Source: Escherichia coli | Lineage (GTDB): Bacteria; Pseudomonadota; Gammaproteobacteria; Enterobacterales; Enterobacteriaceae | Strand: one strand, 5' to 3' | Assembly (NCBI RefSeq): GCF_024223415.1 | Contig: NZ_CP100500.1 | Length of the DNA stretch: 64,000 nt | Shown here: positions 15,301 through 27,549 of the stretch, piece after piece | How the letters are laid out: each line of letters begins with the position of its first letter | Position numbering within the stretch: the stretch's first letter is position 1 | Made by a program: the position numbers and the translations under genes | Notes under the pieces: model-generated | What the model saw: only the letters and a program-made list of their open reading frames with translations | What the model was told of the DNA's origin: nothing | Database searches by the model: none

Positions 15301-15645
15301 TTAGATACTAAAGGAAGAACCGCAACCGCAGGTGCTTTTCGCGTTCGGGTTGGTCACGATGAAACGAGAACCTTCCAGTCCTTCGGTATAGTCAACGGAA
15401 CCGCCGACCAGATATTGCAGGCTCATCGGATCAACCACCAAGCCAACGCCCTGTTTTTCGATGGTCATATCGCCTTCGTTCACCTGATCATCAAAGGTGA
15501 AACCATACTGGAAGCCGCTGCAACCGCCACCGGTGATATACACGCGTAATTTCAGATTCGGGTTATCTTCGTCAGCGATCAGGCTTTTAACTTTGTTGGC
15601 TGCTGCGTCGGTAAACTCCAGCGGCAGTGCTACGTCATCACTCAT
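15301..15645 (-). CDS. erpA: iron-sulfur cluster insertion protein (A-type carrier)
   Basis: Track ORF 15301..15678; start placed at [22 protein letters not shown]... (114 aa); C-terminal CGCGSSF cluster ligands. Confidence 0.95.
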
Positions 15646-15726
15646 ATTTTGCTCCAAACGACATCGGCAATTGGGCAAATTCTAACCCAATAATAATCGC
15701 CATTATCTAATACCCTGGTATTTCGT

Positions 15727-17166
<1,440 letters not shown>

Positions 17167-17372
17167 TCATACAAATAAGATGACGGCATTTTACTCGCAC
17201 GTTCCATGAAAATCCTTTGCAAAGCGTAATGTTTCAAATGCACAAAACTTTTATACTCTAAGAAATCAGGATTGCACCAGTACAAGCAGCCTGATGTTTG
17301 ACGAGTATTTAACTTGTTATGAATAACATAGAATAGCAGCCATTCACTTTTTCTACGAATCAGGAACCCTCC

Positions 17373-18653
17373 ATGAGTAAGTCTGAAAATCTTTACAGCG
17401 CAGCGCGCGAGCTGATCCCTGGCGGTGTGAACTCCCCTGTTCGCGCCTTTACTGGCGTGGGCGGCACTCCACTGTTTATCGAAAAAGCAGACGGCGCTTA
17501 TCTGTACGATGTTGATGGCAAAGCCTATATCGATTATGTCGGTTCCTGGGGGCCGATGGTGCTGGGCCATAACCATCCGGCGATCCGCAATGCCGTGATT
17601 GAAGCCGCCGAGCGTGGTTTAAGCTTTGGTGCACCAACCGAAATGGAAGTGAAAATGGCGCAACTGGTGACCGAACTGGTCCCGACCATGGATATGGTGC
17701 GCATGGTGAACTCCGGCACTGAAGCGACAATGAGCGCCATCCGCCTGGCCCGTGGTTTTACCGGTCGCGACAAAATTATTAAATTTGAAGGTTGTTACCA
17801 CGGTCACGCTGACTGCCTGCTGGTGAAAGCCGGTTCTGGCGCACTCACGTTAGGCCAGCCAAACTCGCCGGGCGTTCCGGCAGATTTCGCCAAACATACC
17901 TTAACCTGTACTTATAACGATCTGGCTTCTGTACGCGCCGCGTTTGAGCAATACCCGCAAGAGATTGCCTGTATTATCGTCGAGCCGGTGGCAGGCAATA
18001 TGAACTGTGTTCCACCGCTGCCAGACTTCCTGCCAGGTCTGCGCGCGCTGTGCGACGAATTTGGCGCGTTGCTGATCATCGATGAAGTGATGACCGGTTT
18101 CCGCGTAGCGCTAGCTGGCGCACAGGATTATTACGGCGTAGTGCCAGATTTAACCTGCCTCGGCAAAATCATCGGCGGTGGAATGCCGGTAGGCGCATTC
18201 GGTGGTCGTCGTGATGTAATGGATGCGCTGGCTCCGACTGGCCCGGTCTATCAGGCGGGTACGCTTTCCGGTAACCCGATTGCGATGGCAGCCGGTTTCG
18301 CCTGTCTGAATGAAGTCGCGCAGCCGGGCGTTCACGAAACGCTGGATGAGCTGACAACACGTCTGGCAGAAGGTCTGCTGGAAGCGGCAGAAGAAGCCGG
18401 AATTCCGCTGGTGGTAAACCACGTTGGCGGCATGTTCGGTATTTTCTTTACCGACGCCGAGTCCGTGACGTGCTATCAGGATGTGATGGCCTGTGACGTC
18501 GAGCGCTTTAAGCGTTTCTTCCATATGATGCTGGATGAAGGTGTTTACCTGGCACCGTCAGCGTTTGAAGCGGGCTTTATGTCTGTGGCGCACAGCATGG
18601 AAGATATCAATAACACCATCGATGCTGCACGTCGGGTATTTGCGAAGTTGTGA
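17373..18653 (+). CDS. hemL: glutamate-1-semialdehyde 2,1-aminomutase
   Basis: 426-aa [29 protein letters not shown]...; class III aminotransferase. Confidence 0.97.
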   Translation: MSKSENLYSAARELIPGGVNSPVRAFTGVGGTPLFIEKADGAYLYDVDGKAYIDYVGSWGPMVLGHNHPAIRNAVIEAAERGLSFGAPTEMEVKMAQLVTELVPTMDMVRMVNSGTEATMSAIRLARGFTGRDKIIKFEGCYHGHADCLLVKAGSGALTLGQPNSPGVPADFAKHTLTCTYNDLASVRAAFEQYPQEIACIIVEPVAGNMNCVPPLPDFLPGLRALCDEFGALLIIDEVMTGFRVALAGAQDYYGVVPDLTCLGKIIGGGMPVGAFGGRRDVMDALAPTGPVYQAGTLSGNPIAMAAGFACLNEVAQPGVHETLDELTTRLAEGLLEAAEEAGIPLVVNHVGGMFGIFFTDAESVTCYQDVMACDVERFKRFFHMMLDEGVYLAPSAFEAGFMSVAHSMEDINNTIDAARRVFAKL

Positions 18654-18660
18654 TAATTTT

Positions 18661-18681
18661 GCCTCGCCCACCGGGCGAGGC
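18661..18681. terminator. bidirectional hairpin between convergent hemL and fhuB
   Basis: gcctcgccc-acc-gggcgaggc inverted repeat. Confidence 0.6.
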
Positions 18682-18687
18682 ATTCTA

Positions 18688-20670
18688 TTAACGGCTCTGC
18701 TTTCTCAGCAAATAGATAAAATATGGCGCGCCGATAAAGGTCGACAGCAGCCCCGCCGGGATCTGGAATGGAAACAGCACCATCCGCCCACACCAATCAG
18801 CGAATACCAGCAGTAAACCACCCACCAGCGCCGAAATTACGATGTGTGGCATCGTCCGTCGAAAGCCCATCATCCGCGCAATATGCGGTGCCATTAAACC
18901 AACAAAACTCAACGGTCCAATAGTCATCGTCGCGGTCGCCGTCAGCGAAGCCGCTAACAGCAGCAGCGCAATTCGCGTCGGCGTCAGCGCCATTCCTACG
19001 GCCCGCGCGGTATCACCACCCAGCGGTAAAATGGTCAGCCAGCGGCGGCACAGCGGGGTAATCGCCAGCAAAATCACCATCACAATTCCGGTGCGCCAGA
19101 CCTGCGCATCGGTGGCGTTGTAGGTCGAACCAGAGATCCAGGTCAGCACTTGCGCCATTCGCGGGTCACCACTCGCCTGCAACATCATTAAAAGCATGGT
19201 GAATGCGGTACTTAACGCCATCCCCGCCAGTAACATGCGGTGTGGGGAAAATCCACCGCGCCCGGCGGCGATCATAATAATCAACAGCGTCACCGCCGCA
19301 CCGATACTTCCCGCGGGTAACAGCCAGCCAAAAGCATTACCCGGTACCAGAAACAGCATCAGTACCACGCCAAACGCTGCGCCGGAGCTAATCCCCAGCA
19401 CTTCCGGGCTTGCCATCGGGTTGCCGGTCAGTCGCTGAATAATACAGCCCGCCACCGCCAGCATGACGCCCGCAAACAGCGCCGCCATAATTCGCGGCCA
19501 GCGCCAGGGCATTAAATCATCGAGCAACGCCCCGCTCGCCCACGTCCAGCCGTGCGCATCACGACCAAACGACAGCGCCACCACCACAGCCATCAACAGC
19601 AGCACGCCGCCCGCGAGGGCAAACGCCAGCACATGTTGGCGTTCAGCCGCGACACGATCGTTGACCTTCATATCCGGCGCGCTAATGCTGCGTAAACGCG
19701 GCAGCAACCACAGTAGCAGCGGCGCACCGATCAACGCAGTGACCGAACCGGTGGACACTTCCATCCACACGCGAGTCAGCCAGAGGATGATTTGATCGGA
19801 AAGCCAGAGGATCAGCGCACCAATCAGCGACGCCAGCATCAACCGTGGCAGCAGACGCCGCGCCCCCAGCATTTTTGCCAGCAGCGGCGCGAACAACCCG
19901 ATAAAGCCGATAATCCCTACCGCATTCACCAGCAGCGCACTGATGACAATCGCCAGCGACAGCGCCGCCAGACGCGCGAGCGACAAGGCCAGCCCGAGAT
20001 TGCGCGCCACGCCATCATCAAGCCCCATCAGGGTTAACGGACGAAGTAGCAGCAACGTCAGCATCACACCGCCCAGCAACTGCGGCCATAAACGCTCAAC
20101 ACCGCCCCAGTCGGTTTGCGTCAGCGTTCCGGTGCTCCACAGGAACATGCTTTGCAGTTGGTCATGGTGGAAGATAACCAGTAACTGATTGATTGCCCCA
20201 CAATAAAGGCTCACTACCAGCCCCGCGAGAATCAGCGTTACCGGCGACAGCCGTTTCCCCCACGCGACGCCAAAGACAATTAAGCCAACAACACAAGCCC
20301 CTGCCAGCGCAGCAAACTGGCTCGCCATCGCACCAGGGATCGCCCAAAGCGTCGTGACGGTAATCCCCAGTTGCGCTCCTGTAGCAACGCCCAACGTCGT
20401 CGGTTCCGCCAGCGGGTTACGCAGCACTTGCTGAAACAGCACGCCCACCAGCCCCAGGCCCGCGCCCACCAGTAGAGAAATCGCCAGACGCGGTAACAAG
20501 CTGTAGTGAAAAATCATCTGCTCGATGACGTTAATATCCGGCGACCAGGCGGCCTGCGCCCACTGGCTACGCGGCAGCGCCTGCGAAAAGTTCATCCAGG
20601 TCAGCGCCGTAGCGACAATCACCAGCAGCGCCAGCAATAACGCCGGGAAAAGCGCAATTCGTTTACTCAC
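18688..20670 (-). CDS. fhuB: ferric hydroxamate ABC transporter permease (double-length fused permease)
   Basis: 660-aa ORF MSKRIALFPALLLALLVIVATALTWMNF...; GTG start; overlaps fhuD stop (GTGA). Confidence 0.96.
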   Translation of the reverse strand: MSKRIALFPALLLALLVIVATALTWMNFSQALPRSQWAQAAWSPDINVIEQMIFHYSLLPRLAISLLVGAGLGLVGVLFQQVLRNPLAEPTTLGVATGAQLGITVTTLWAIPGAMASQFAALAGACVVGLIVFGVAWGKRLSPVTLILAGLVVSLYCGAINQLLVIFHHDQLQSMFLWSTGTLTQTDWGGVERLWPQLLGGVMLTLLLLRPLTLMGLDDGVARNLGLALSLARLAALSLAIVISALLVNAVGIIGFIGLFAPLLAKMLGARRLLPRLMLASLIGALILWLSDQIILWLTRVWMEVSTGSVTALIGAPLLLWLLPRLRSISAPDMKVNDRVAAERQHVLAFALAGGVLLLMAVVVALSFGRDAHGWTWASGALLDDLMPWRWPRIMAALFAGVMLAVAGCIIQRLTGNPMASPEVLGISSGAAFGVVLMLFLVPGNAFGWLLPAGSIGAAVTLLIIMIAAGRGGFSPHRMLLAGMALSTAFTMLLMMLQASGDPRMAQVLTWISGSTYNATDAQVWRTGIVMVILLAITPLCRRWLTILPLGGDTARAVGMALTPTRIALLLLAASLTATATMTIGPLSFVGLMAPHIARMMGFRRTMPHIVISALVGGLLLVFADWCGRMVLFPFQIPAGLLSTFIGAPYFIYLLRKQSR

Positions 20671-21557
20671 GCTTTACCTCCGATGGCGTTATCCAGAATA
20701 CGCACAAAGTGCATTGCCGAGAGCGTCGCACCATAAAACCAGACTGCGGGTACGCGCTGAAAGCGCCCTGTACGGACAAACGGCATGGCCTGCCACAGCG
20801 GGGTTGCCATTAGCGCATCCATGTCTTTGCTGTTGTCGTGATCAAAACAGAGCACATCAACATCTTTATACGCCGCCAGACGATCGATACTGACGGCGGT
20901 GCTGCCCCAGAAGTTGGTTTCCCCTTGCCAGGCATTTAGGATGCCGTACTCATCGAGAATTTCCTGGAACAAGCTGTTTGGCCCGAAGACCAGCATATGG
21001 CGCGGATCGATAAGCGTCGTCAGCAATAACGGACGCGCACCACGCTTCACAAAGCGGGGTTTCATGCTGCGGATAAAGTCTTCATATTGCGCTAAATGCG
21101 TTTCTGCTGCGCTTTGCAGGTTAAGTAAATCCGCCATTTCCGTCAGCGATTTACGCGCCATCGCCAGCGGCTGTTTGCCGTCGCTGAAGTTAAATCCACG
21201 CCCCGGCGCAATACGAGCCAGCATTTCTGGTGAAGGGCCATATCCTGCCGACCAGACCATAAACGACGGTTTCATTTCGGTCAGCAGTTCGAGGTTAGGT
21301 TCTGTACGCAAACCAACGTCAATCACTGAGTCCGGCAATGGTGGTTCGCTGACCCACAGGCGATAGTTGATGGTATCCGCCACGCCGTAAGGCACGATGC
21401 CGAGCGCCAGCAGTAATTCCACCGGCAACCACTCCAGCGCCACAATACGATTGGGATCAATAGCCGCCGCGTGGGCGGTATTCATCTGCCATAACAACGG
21501 AGAAAGCGCCATCGCCGTTAACAGTCGACGGCGCGAAATAAGAGGTAAGCCGCTCAT
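20667..21557 (-). CDS. fhuD: ferric hydroxamate periplasmic binding protein
   Basis: Start placed at the second codon of the track ORF, MSGLPLISRRRLLTAMALSPLLWQMNTAHA (Tat-like signal), 296 aa. Confidence 0.95.
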   Translation of the reverse strand: MSGLPLISRRRLLTAMALSPLLWQMNTAHAAAIDPNRIVALEWLPVELLLALGIVPYGVADTINYRLWVSEPPLPDSVIDVGLRTEPNLELLTEMKPSFMVWSAGYGPSPEMLARIAPGRGFNFSDGKQPLAMARKSLTEMADLLNLQSAAETHLAQYEDFIRSMKPRFVKRGARPLLLTTLIDPRHMLVFGPNSLFQEILDEYGILNAWQGETNFWGSTAVSIDRLAAYKDVDVLCFDHDNSKDMDALMATPLWQAMPFVRTGRFQRVPAVWFYGATLSAMHFVRILDNAIGGKA

Positions 21558-22354
21558 CAATAAACAAAACTCACAGGTGCAGCACCCGCCGGATGCGGCA
21601 AAATACCCATCGGGATGCCATAAATCATTTCGAGGGTTTCGCCGCGCATAATTTCCGCAGGCGTTCCCTGAGCAATCATTTCACCGCCGCGCAGGGCGAC
21701 CAGATAATCACAGTAGCGTGCCGCCATATTGATATCGTGCAGCACGGCAATGACCGTCAGACCACGTTCCTGACTTAAACGATGCACCAGCGCCAGCACA
21801 TCAACCTGGTGGGCGATATCCAGCGCCGAGGTTGGCTCGTCGAGCAACAGACAACGGCTATCCTGCGCCACCAGCATGGCGATCCACGCCCGCTGACGTT
21901 CGCCGCCAGAGAGGCTATCGACCAGCCGATGCGCCAGCGGTTTTAAGCCAACCAGCGAGATAGCTTCCTCAACTTTTTCGCGATCTGCCGCACCAAAGCG
22001 CCCTAGTGCGCCATGCCACGGGTAACGACCAATCGCCACCAGTTCACGCACGGTCATCCCTTCTGCCGGAGGAAGCTGCTGCGGTAAATAAGCCACTTTG
22101 CGGGCAAACGCTTTGCTGCTCCAGCTTTCCAGCGGCTGGGCATCAAGAAGAATCTCCCCTTCCGACGGCGGCTGATGACGGCCAAGCATTTTGAGCAGAG
22201 TGGATTTACCAGAACCGTTGTGACCAATCAGACCGGTCACTTTCCCGGCAGGAAAGGTTAACGACAGCGGATGCAAAAGCGTGCGCCCGGGCACACGAAA
22301 GGAGATATTACGCAGTGCAAAAGTGGTATCGGAATGATTCGTGTATTCCTGCAT
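21557..22354 (-). CDS. fhuC: ferric hydroxamate ABC transporter ATP-binding protein
   Basis: Track ORF 21557..22459; start placed at MQEYTNHSDTTFALRNISFRVPGRTLLHPLSLTFPAGKVTGLIGHNGSGKSTLL (265 aa); Walker A and LSGGERQR signature; stop overlaps the fhuD ATG. Confidence 0.95.
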   Translation of the reverse strand: MQEYTNHSDTTFALRNISFRVPGRTLLHPLSLTFPAGKVTGLIGHNGSGKSTLLKMLGRHQPPSEGEILLDAQPLESWSSKAFARKVAYLPQQLPPAEGMTVRELVAIGRYPWHGALGRFGAADREKVEEAISLVGLKPLAHRLVDSLSGGERQRAWIAMLVAQDSRCLLLDEPTSALDIAHQVDVLALVHRLSQERGLTVIAVLHDINMAARYCDYLVALRGGEMIAQGTPAEIMRGETLEMIYGIPMGILPHPAGAAPVSFVY

Positions 22355-22404
22355 AACAGCCAACTTGTGAAACGGGCACGGAAATCCGTGCCCCAAAAGA
22401 GAAA

Positions 22405-24600
22405 TTAGAAACGGAAGGTTGCGGTTGCAACGACCTGACGTTCTGCGCCCCAGTAACATGCATAATCACGATAGCAACTGGAGACATATTCGCGGTCGAA
22501 CAGGTTATTTACGTTAACACCAACAGAAGAACCAGGCATACCGAAACGAGCTAGATCATATTTTATCATTGCATCAACCAGGGTATACCCCCCAACATTG
22601 AATGTCTGATTGGCCTTTTCACCCGTTGTGTAGAAACTTGAAGTGTCGCCAAAATAACGTGCCCCTGCACCAAAACTCAGACCACTAAGAGCTGTTTCGC
22701 GGAAAGTGTAATCTGCCCACAGCGACGCCATATTTCGAGGGACCTCTGCCGGGCGTTTACCTTTATACAGTGTGTCTTTGGTGTATTCAGCATCGGTGTA
22801 GCTATATGCCGCAGTCACATTGATATTAGCGTTGAGAGCTGCTTTCGCCTCAATTGCAAAGCCACGAGAACGAATCTCTCCCCCCTGTACGCTAAACAAA
22901 ATATTACTTGGGTCTGCAGTCAGATTTTTGTCTTTCGTCAACTGGAATACCGAGGCAGTGACAGTGACAGGCGTATCTTTCGGTACGTATTTGACACCTG
23001 CTTCGTACTGCTTACCGCGAGAAGGATCAAATGGTTTTCCTTCTTTAGTCGCTCCAGATACTGGCTCGAAGGATTCGCTATAACTGAAATAAGGTGAAAT
23101 ACCGTTATCGAACAGATAATTAATGCCACCTCTCCAGGTGAACTGCTGATCGTTAATTTCATCCAAAGAACTCGTCGAACGAGTATAGGTAGAAGTTTTC
23201 GCAAAATCGTAACGACCACCCAGCGTCAATACCCACTTATTCCACTCAGACTGATCCTGAATATAAAGCCCTGTCTGTTCCTGACGGTTAATTACAGCAT
23301 ATGGGAAATTGATATTGATATTGGCGTTACCGTACTGTGGATCCTGCATGCTAATTGGATCTGCAGTACCATAGTTCGCATCAATATCGTTACGCATGCG
23401 CAGGTAATCCACGCCAGTAAGCAAGGTATGTGCTACAGCACCGGTAGCAAAGTTAGACTGTAGTTGCGTATCAACAGTGAATGAATTTAAATCTTCATCT
23501 GAACGTACATAAGCACGGCTAATTTGCGCTGGCGCGATGTAACTATTGCCATATACTGCATCGTAGAGTGTATGAATGCGGGTATAGCGCAGATTCTGAC
23601 GTACAGTAAAAGTATCATTAAATTCATGAGCAAAGCTGTAGCCAATTAATTGTTGACGACGAGACATCTTATTGTCTTTCTCGCCTTCATTAAAATCTGT
23701 TGGCAATTTGTGCCAGCTACCATTTGCATCCTGATAGGGAACAACTGTTCCCTGGCGCGGTAACCAACCATAATAGCCTGCATCGGGATCACTCTGGAAA
23801 TTACTCAGGAAAGTCAAATCCGTTTTATCATCAGGACGCCAGCTGAATGAGGGAGCTACTGCATACCGTGTAGTTTTTGCATACTTTTGTTGCGCATCCT
23901 GACTACGTCCTAATCCAGTCAAGCGATATGACCAAACGCCATCATCATCTATTGCATCACTAAAATCGAATCCGGTCTGCCAAAGATTATCCGTTCCCAT
24001 TTTGAACTGGATCTCTTTAATCGGATCCGTTGAAGGACGTTTGCTGACCATGCTTACTACTCCGCCCGGATGACTTTTACCGTACAGTACGGATACTGGG
24101 CCACGGAGTAATTCCACACGTTCAAGGAAATAAGGATCAATAGAGGCTTCAGAGTAGTTATCCCCCTGAAGTTTTAAGCCATCCAGATATTGGTTGGTAT
24201 TTACTGTACTGGGTGTAGTAAATCCACGAATAGAAACAACATCATACGTCGTTGAACTACCACGCGTTGAAAAGACACTTGGCGTATAATCCAGAGCTTC
24301 TTTTACCGTTGCGGGTTGTTTGATATCCATCTCTTCTCGGGTCACAACCGAAATAGACTGCGGCGTTTTTTCAATTGGTGTATCCGTTTTAGTCGCAGTA
24401 GCAGAGTGCTTCGCCGCAATAGTTGCAGCAGGCCCCCATGCGCTTTCTTGCGGCGCAGGTGCAGCAGTAACGGTGATAGTGTCTTCTTTCGGTTCAACCG
24501 CTGCCTGTGCATAAACAGACATGCCGCTAACCGCTGTGGCTACTACAACTGCGATTTTACGCAGTGAGTGTTTTGGCTGAGCAGTTTTGGAACGCGCCAT
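22405..24600 (-). CDS. fhuA: TonB-dependent ferrichrome outer membrane receptor, divergent mosaic allele
   Basis: 731-aa ORF; signal peptide, TonB box (DTITVTA) and C-terminal ...GAERQVVATATFRF are K-12-like, but the plug and barrel core differ extensively from K-12 FhuA as I recall it and the DNA is AT-richer than flanking genes. Confidence 0.9.
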   Translation of the reverse strand: MARSKTAQPKHSLRKIAVVVATAVSGMSVYAQAAVEPKEDTITVTAAPAPQESAWGPAATIAAKHSATATKTDTPIEKTPQSISVVTREEMDIKQPATVKEALDYTPSVFSTRGSSTTYDVVSIRGFTTPSTVNTNQYLDGLKLQGDNYSEASIDPYFLERVELLRGPVSVLYGKSHPGGVVSMVSKRPSTDPIKEIQFKMGTDNLWQTGFDFSDAIDDDGVWSYRLTGLGRSQDAQQKYAKTTRYAVAPSFSWRPDDKTDLTFLSNFQSDPDAGYYGWLPRQGTVVPYQDANGSWHKLPTDFNEGEKDNKMSRRQQLIGYSFAHEFNDTFTVRQNLRYTRIHTLYDAVYGNSYIAPAQISRAYVRSDEDLNSFTVDTQLQSNFATGAVAHTLLTGVDYLRMRNDIDANYGTADPISMQDPQYGNANININFPYAVINRQEQTGLYIQDQSEWNKWVLTLGGRYDFAKTSTYTRSTSSLDEINDQQFTWRGGINYLFDNGISPYFSYSESFEPVSGATKEGKPFDPSRGKQYEAGVKYVPKDTPVTVTASVFQLTKDKNLTADPSNILFSVQGGEIRSRGFAIEAKAALNANINVTAAYSYTDAEYTKDTLYKGKRPAEVPRNMASLWADYTFRETALSGLSFGAGARYFGDTSSFYTTGEKANQTFNVGGYTLVDAMIKYDLARFGMPGSSVGVNVNNLFDREYVSSCYRDYACYWGAERQVVATATFRF

Positions 24601-24637
24601 TGGTATATCTCTGATGTAAAGTGAATGATAACGTAAA

Positions 24638-24672
24638 CGAGAATGATTATTATAAAGATAAGATAATATTCG
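24638..24672 (-). promoter_or_regulatory. fhuA promoter with Fur-box-like operator
   Basis: On the fhuA strand: ...tttataataatcattctcgtttacgttatcattcac... about 30-60 nt upstream of the ATG; AT-rich hexamer repeats resembling the Fur box consensus. Confidence 0.5.
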
Positions 24673-24779
24673 AAACGCTGGCGGGTTCGCAAGCGGTACG
24701 CAATCTGAGCGTTCCTGAAGGGTTAATAAACAACCAGATGAAAAGAAAGGGTTAATACTTTGGGTGGGATGTTATTTTA

Positions 24780-24802
24780 CCGGATGGCAACTCGCCATCC
24801 GG
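24780..24802 (-). terminator. hairpin downstream of mrcB
   Basis: ccggatggc-aactc-gccatccgg inverted repeat after the mrcB stop, followed on the mrcB strand by an A/T-rich tract. Confidence 0.55.
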
Positions 24803-24819
24803 TATTTCACGCTTAGATG

Positions 24820-27354
24820 TTAATTACTACCAAACATATCCTTAATCCAACCGGCTACACCGTCGCTGTCTTTCTGCTCTTGCTGAGCAGGTTGCTGTTG
24901 CGGCTGTTGCTGCGGCTGAGAAGACTGATCAAACGGATTGCCTGACGGCTGCTGCTGCATCTCACTCTGCTGGCACAGCGATTGCGGATCGCTGGTCCAG
25001 ACCGGCAAGACACGCATGCCACCGCTGCAAACAAAGTTGCCGTCGTAGTCCACGCCCATATCTGCAATATCTTCTGGCGGAACAAGATTCAGCGGCGTTG
25101 GCGTCTGGTTAGCCAGATAACGCTGATAAATCGACATTGCCCCGCTGGCTCCATACAGTTTGGTCGGCTGGTTGTTATCACGGCCGACCCAGGTGATGGT
25201 CACCGTGCTGCCGTCAATGCCCGCAAACCAGGTATCTACGTTATTGTTGGTAGTCCCTGTTTTCCCTGCCAGATGCAGGTTCGGGTATTTCGCCCCAAGC
25301 TGACGACCCGTACCACGTTGTACCACCTGCTGCATGGTCCATAGTGTCAGATACGCCGCCTGCGCCGGAACAGCGCGTTCCGCCTGCGGGAAGCTCTGAT
25401 ACAGCACTTTGCCATCTTCCGCGATTACCGAACGCAGCGCAGAAAGCGGTGCACGGTTACCACCGCTGGCGATGGTCTGGAATGCCTGCGCCACTTCGAT
25501 TGGCGTTAAGTTCAACGCCCCCAGCAGCATTGCCGGAACCGGATGCAACTGATCTTTCGGTACGCCCAGTTTAATCCAGGTATCCGTAACCGCAGGCAGC
25601 CCCAGCGCCATCCCCAGATTTACCGTCGGCACGTTCATCGAACGGGTCAACGCATCCACCAGCATCACTCTGCCGCTTTCGCTATAACGACGGTCATCGT
25701 TCTGCGGTGACCAGACCTGGCCATTCGGCTGACGTAGCGCGATTGGCGCATCCGCAATCCACGTATTCAGACGATAGATTTTCGGCTGGCTTAAAGCCGT
25801 CAGATAAGTCGCTGGTTTTGCAAGGGAACCAATCGAACGCCGCGCCTGCATCGCACGGTTGTAGCCCGCAAACTGCGGCTCAGAACCTCCGACCATCGCA
25901 CGAACTTCACCACTAAAGCGGTCGACGACCACAATCGCGGTTTCCAGATCGCTCAGCTTACGCTGTTTCTTAAGTGCCGGAATGCCTTCCACGGCGGCTT
26001 TTTCTGCCGCGTCCTGGGCCACCGAGTCAAAGGTAGTGAAGATCTTCACGCCGGAGAGATCTTTTACCTTATCGCCTAATTTAGCCTGAAGCTCCTGACG
26101 CACCAGTTGCATAAAGGCTGGCTGAGGAGAGATCACCCCACCGCGCGGCTGAACACCCAGCGGACGCGCACTCAACATGTCATAGAGTTCTTGATCAATA
26201 ATCTGTTGCTGTTGCAGCAGACGCAGTACCAGATTACGTCGCTCCAGCGCCAGTTTCGGGTTACGCCACGGGTTGTAGATGGACGCTCCTTTCACCATAC
26301 CGACTAACAGCGCCTGCTGATCGAGGCTCAATTCTTCTACCGGGCGACCAAAGTAATACAAGCTCGCCAGCGGGAAGCCGCGGATTTCGTTGTCGCCACT
26401 CTGACCGAGATACACCTCGTTCATATACAGCTCAAGAATACGGTCTTTGCTGTAACGCGCGTCCATGATCAGCGCCATGTAAGCTTCGTTCGCTTTACGC
26501 CAGTAAGAGCGCTCGCTGGAGAGGAACAGGTTTTTCACCAGCTGTTGCGTCAGCGTACTCGCCCCCTGCACCGTGCGTCCGGCTGTCAGGTTTGCCAGCA
26601 CCGCACGTCCGATGGAGTAGAGACTGATTCCATCATGCTCGTAGAAATGGCGGTCTTCTGTCGCCAGCAAAGTATCCACCAGCAAATCCGGGAAACCACT
26701 GCGCGGCACAAACAAACGCTGCTCACCGTTTGGTGAGGAGATCATGGTGATCAGACGCGGATCAAGACGGAAGAAACCGAACTGACGGTTGTTCTCCATA
26801 TTGACGATGGTCGCCAGATGATCGCCATCAAAGGTCAGACGCGCACGCACCTGCCCTTCTTTGCTGTCCGGGAAATCAAACGGACGGCGGATCATCTCAA
26901 TGCTGTTAGCCTGCACAGTAAATTCGCCAGGACGGGTCATTTTCGACACCTGACGATACTGTGTTGCCTCCAGCAGCTTCACCATTTCGTTCTTGCTGAT
27001 GGTCATGTCTGGCTCAAGGTTGACCATTCGGCCATAAACTGCCGCAGGCAGTTGCCAGACCTTGCCATCAATACGGCTGCGAATTTTTTGATCGAGATAA
27101 ACGCCGTAAATGGCGATCAGCACGGCAAAAACGATAGCCAGTTTTAACAGCAGCCATAGCCAGCCGCGTTTGCCACGAGCCTTACGCCCTTTGCCTTTGC
27201 CCTTACCTTTGCGCGGCATCGGTTCTTCATCCTCATAGTCATCATAATCGTCGTAATCATCGTCATCTTCGTAACGACGACGGCTTACCTTTTGTTTGAC
27301 CGGACGCGTCGGTTTCCCTTTGCGTCCAATTGGCTCGCGGTCATTCCCGGCCAT
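24820..27354 (-). CDS. mrcB: penicillin-binding protein 1B (bifunctional glycosyltransferase / transpeptidase)
   Basis: Track ORF 24820..27369; start placed at [21 protein letters not shown]... (844 aa); acidic [15 protein letters not shown] and basic [10 protein letters not shown] tracts, TM helix, GT51 and transpeptidase domains, Q-rich C-terminus. Confidence 0.96.
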   Translation of the reverse strand: MAGNDREPIGRKGKPTRPVKQKVSRRRYEDDDDYDDYDDYEDEEPMPRKGKGKGKGRKARGKRGWLWLLLKLAIVFAVLIAIYGVYLDQKIRSRIDGKVWQLPAAVYGRMVNLEPDMTISKNEMVKLLEATQYRQVSKMTRPGEFTVQANSIEMIRRPFDFPDSKEGQVRARLTFDGDHLATIVNMENNRQFGFFRLDPRLITMISSPNGEQRLFVPRSGFPDLLVDTLLATEDRHFYEHDGISLYSIGRAVLANLTAGRTVQGASTLTQQLVKNLFLSSERSYWRKANEAYMALIMDARYSKDRILELYMNEVYLGQSGDNEIRGFPLASLYYFGRPVEELSLDQQALLVGMVKGASIYNPWRNPKLALERRNLVLRLLQQQQIIDQELYDMLSARPLGVQPRGGVISPQPAFMQLVRQELQAKLGDKVKDLSGVKIFTTFDSVAQDAAEKAAVEGIPALKKQRKLSDLETAIVVVDRFSGEVRAMVGGSEPQFAGYNRAMQARRSIGSLAKPATYLTALSQPKIYRLNTWIADAPIALRQPNGQVWSPQNDDRRYSESGRVMLVDALTRSMNVPTVNLGMALGLPAVTDTWIKLGVPKDQLHPVPAMLLGALNLTPIEVAQAFQTIASGGNRAPLSALRSVIAEDGKVLYQSFPQAERAVPAQAAYLTLWTMQQVVQRGTGRQLGAKYPNLHLAGKTGTTNNNVDTWFAGIDGSTVTITWVGRDNNQPTKLYGASGAMSIYQRYLANQTPTPLNLVPPEDIADMGVDYDGNFVCSGGMRVLPVWTSDPQSLCQQSEMQQQPSGNPFDQSSQPQQQPQQQPAQQEQKDSDGVAGWIKDMFGSN

Positions 27355-27451
27355 GCTTTTTCTCCGCAATATTCAGGCGCAAAAGCCCGATTTTCTGTTC
27401 TTCTGTTGCAAGACAGAAGAAGATATCTCTCAAAATTTGAGCTCGATCGGT

Positions 27452-27540
27452 CCTCTCTCCCTTAAGGGAGAGGGTTAGGGTGAGGGTGAACGTGCGCGCT
27501 GATGCCCTCACCCCGGCCCTCTCCCACAGGGAGAGGGAGA
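27452..27540. repeat. compound palindromic intergenic repeat between mrcB and hrpB
   Basis: Two palindromes, cctctccc-ttaa-gggagagg and ccctctccc-aca-gggagaggg, flank an inverted pair gggtgagggtgaa / gccctcacccc. Confidence 0.6.
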
Positions 27541-27549
27541 AAACCAACC

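Noticed and set aside
22405-24600. Possibility that the divergent fhuA marks a genomic island or mobile element insertion
   Set aside because: No integrase, transposase, IS ends, direct repeats or tRNA at the boundaries; the divergence is confined within a single gene with conserved ends and conserved operon context, which fits allelic replacement by homologous recombination.
24855-25085. Small ORFs overlapping mrcB and other genes (for example 24855..25085, 24982..25344, 16118..16387, 19792..20037)
   Set aside because: Fully embedded in confidently assigned genes, no SD sequences, biased low-complexity composition; no evidence of independent coding.
27452-27540. Palindromic mrcB-hrpB element considered as a terminator or a small RNA gene
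   Set aside because: Both flanking genes point away from it, so it is not a terminator; no promoter-like elements or flanking terminator for an sRNA could be supported by eye. Kept only as a repeat feature.
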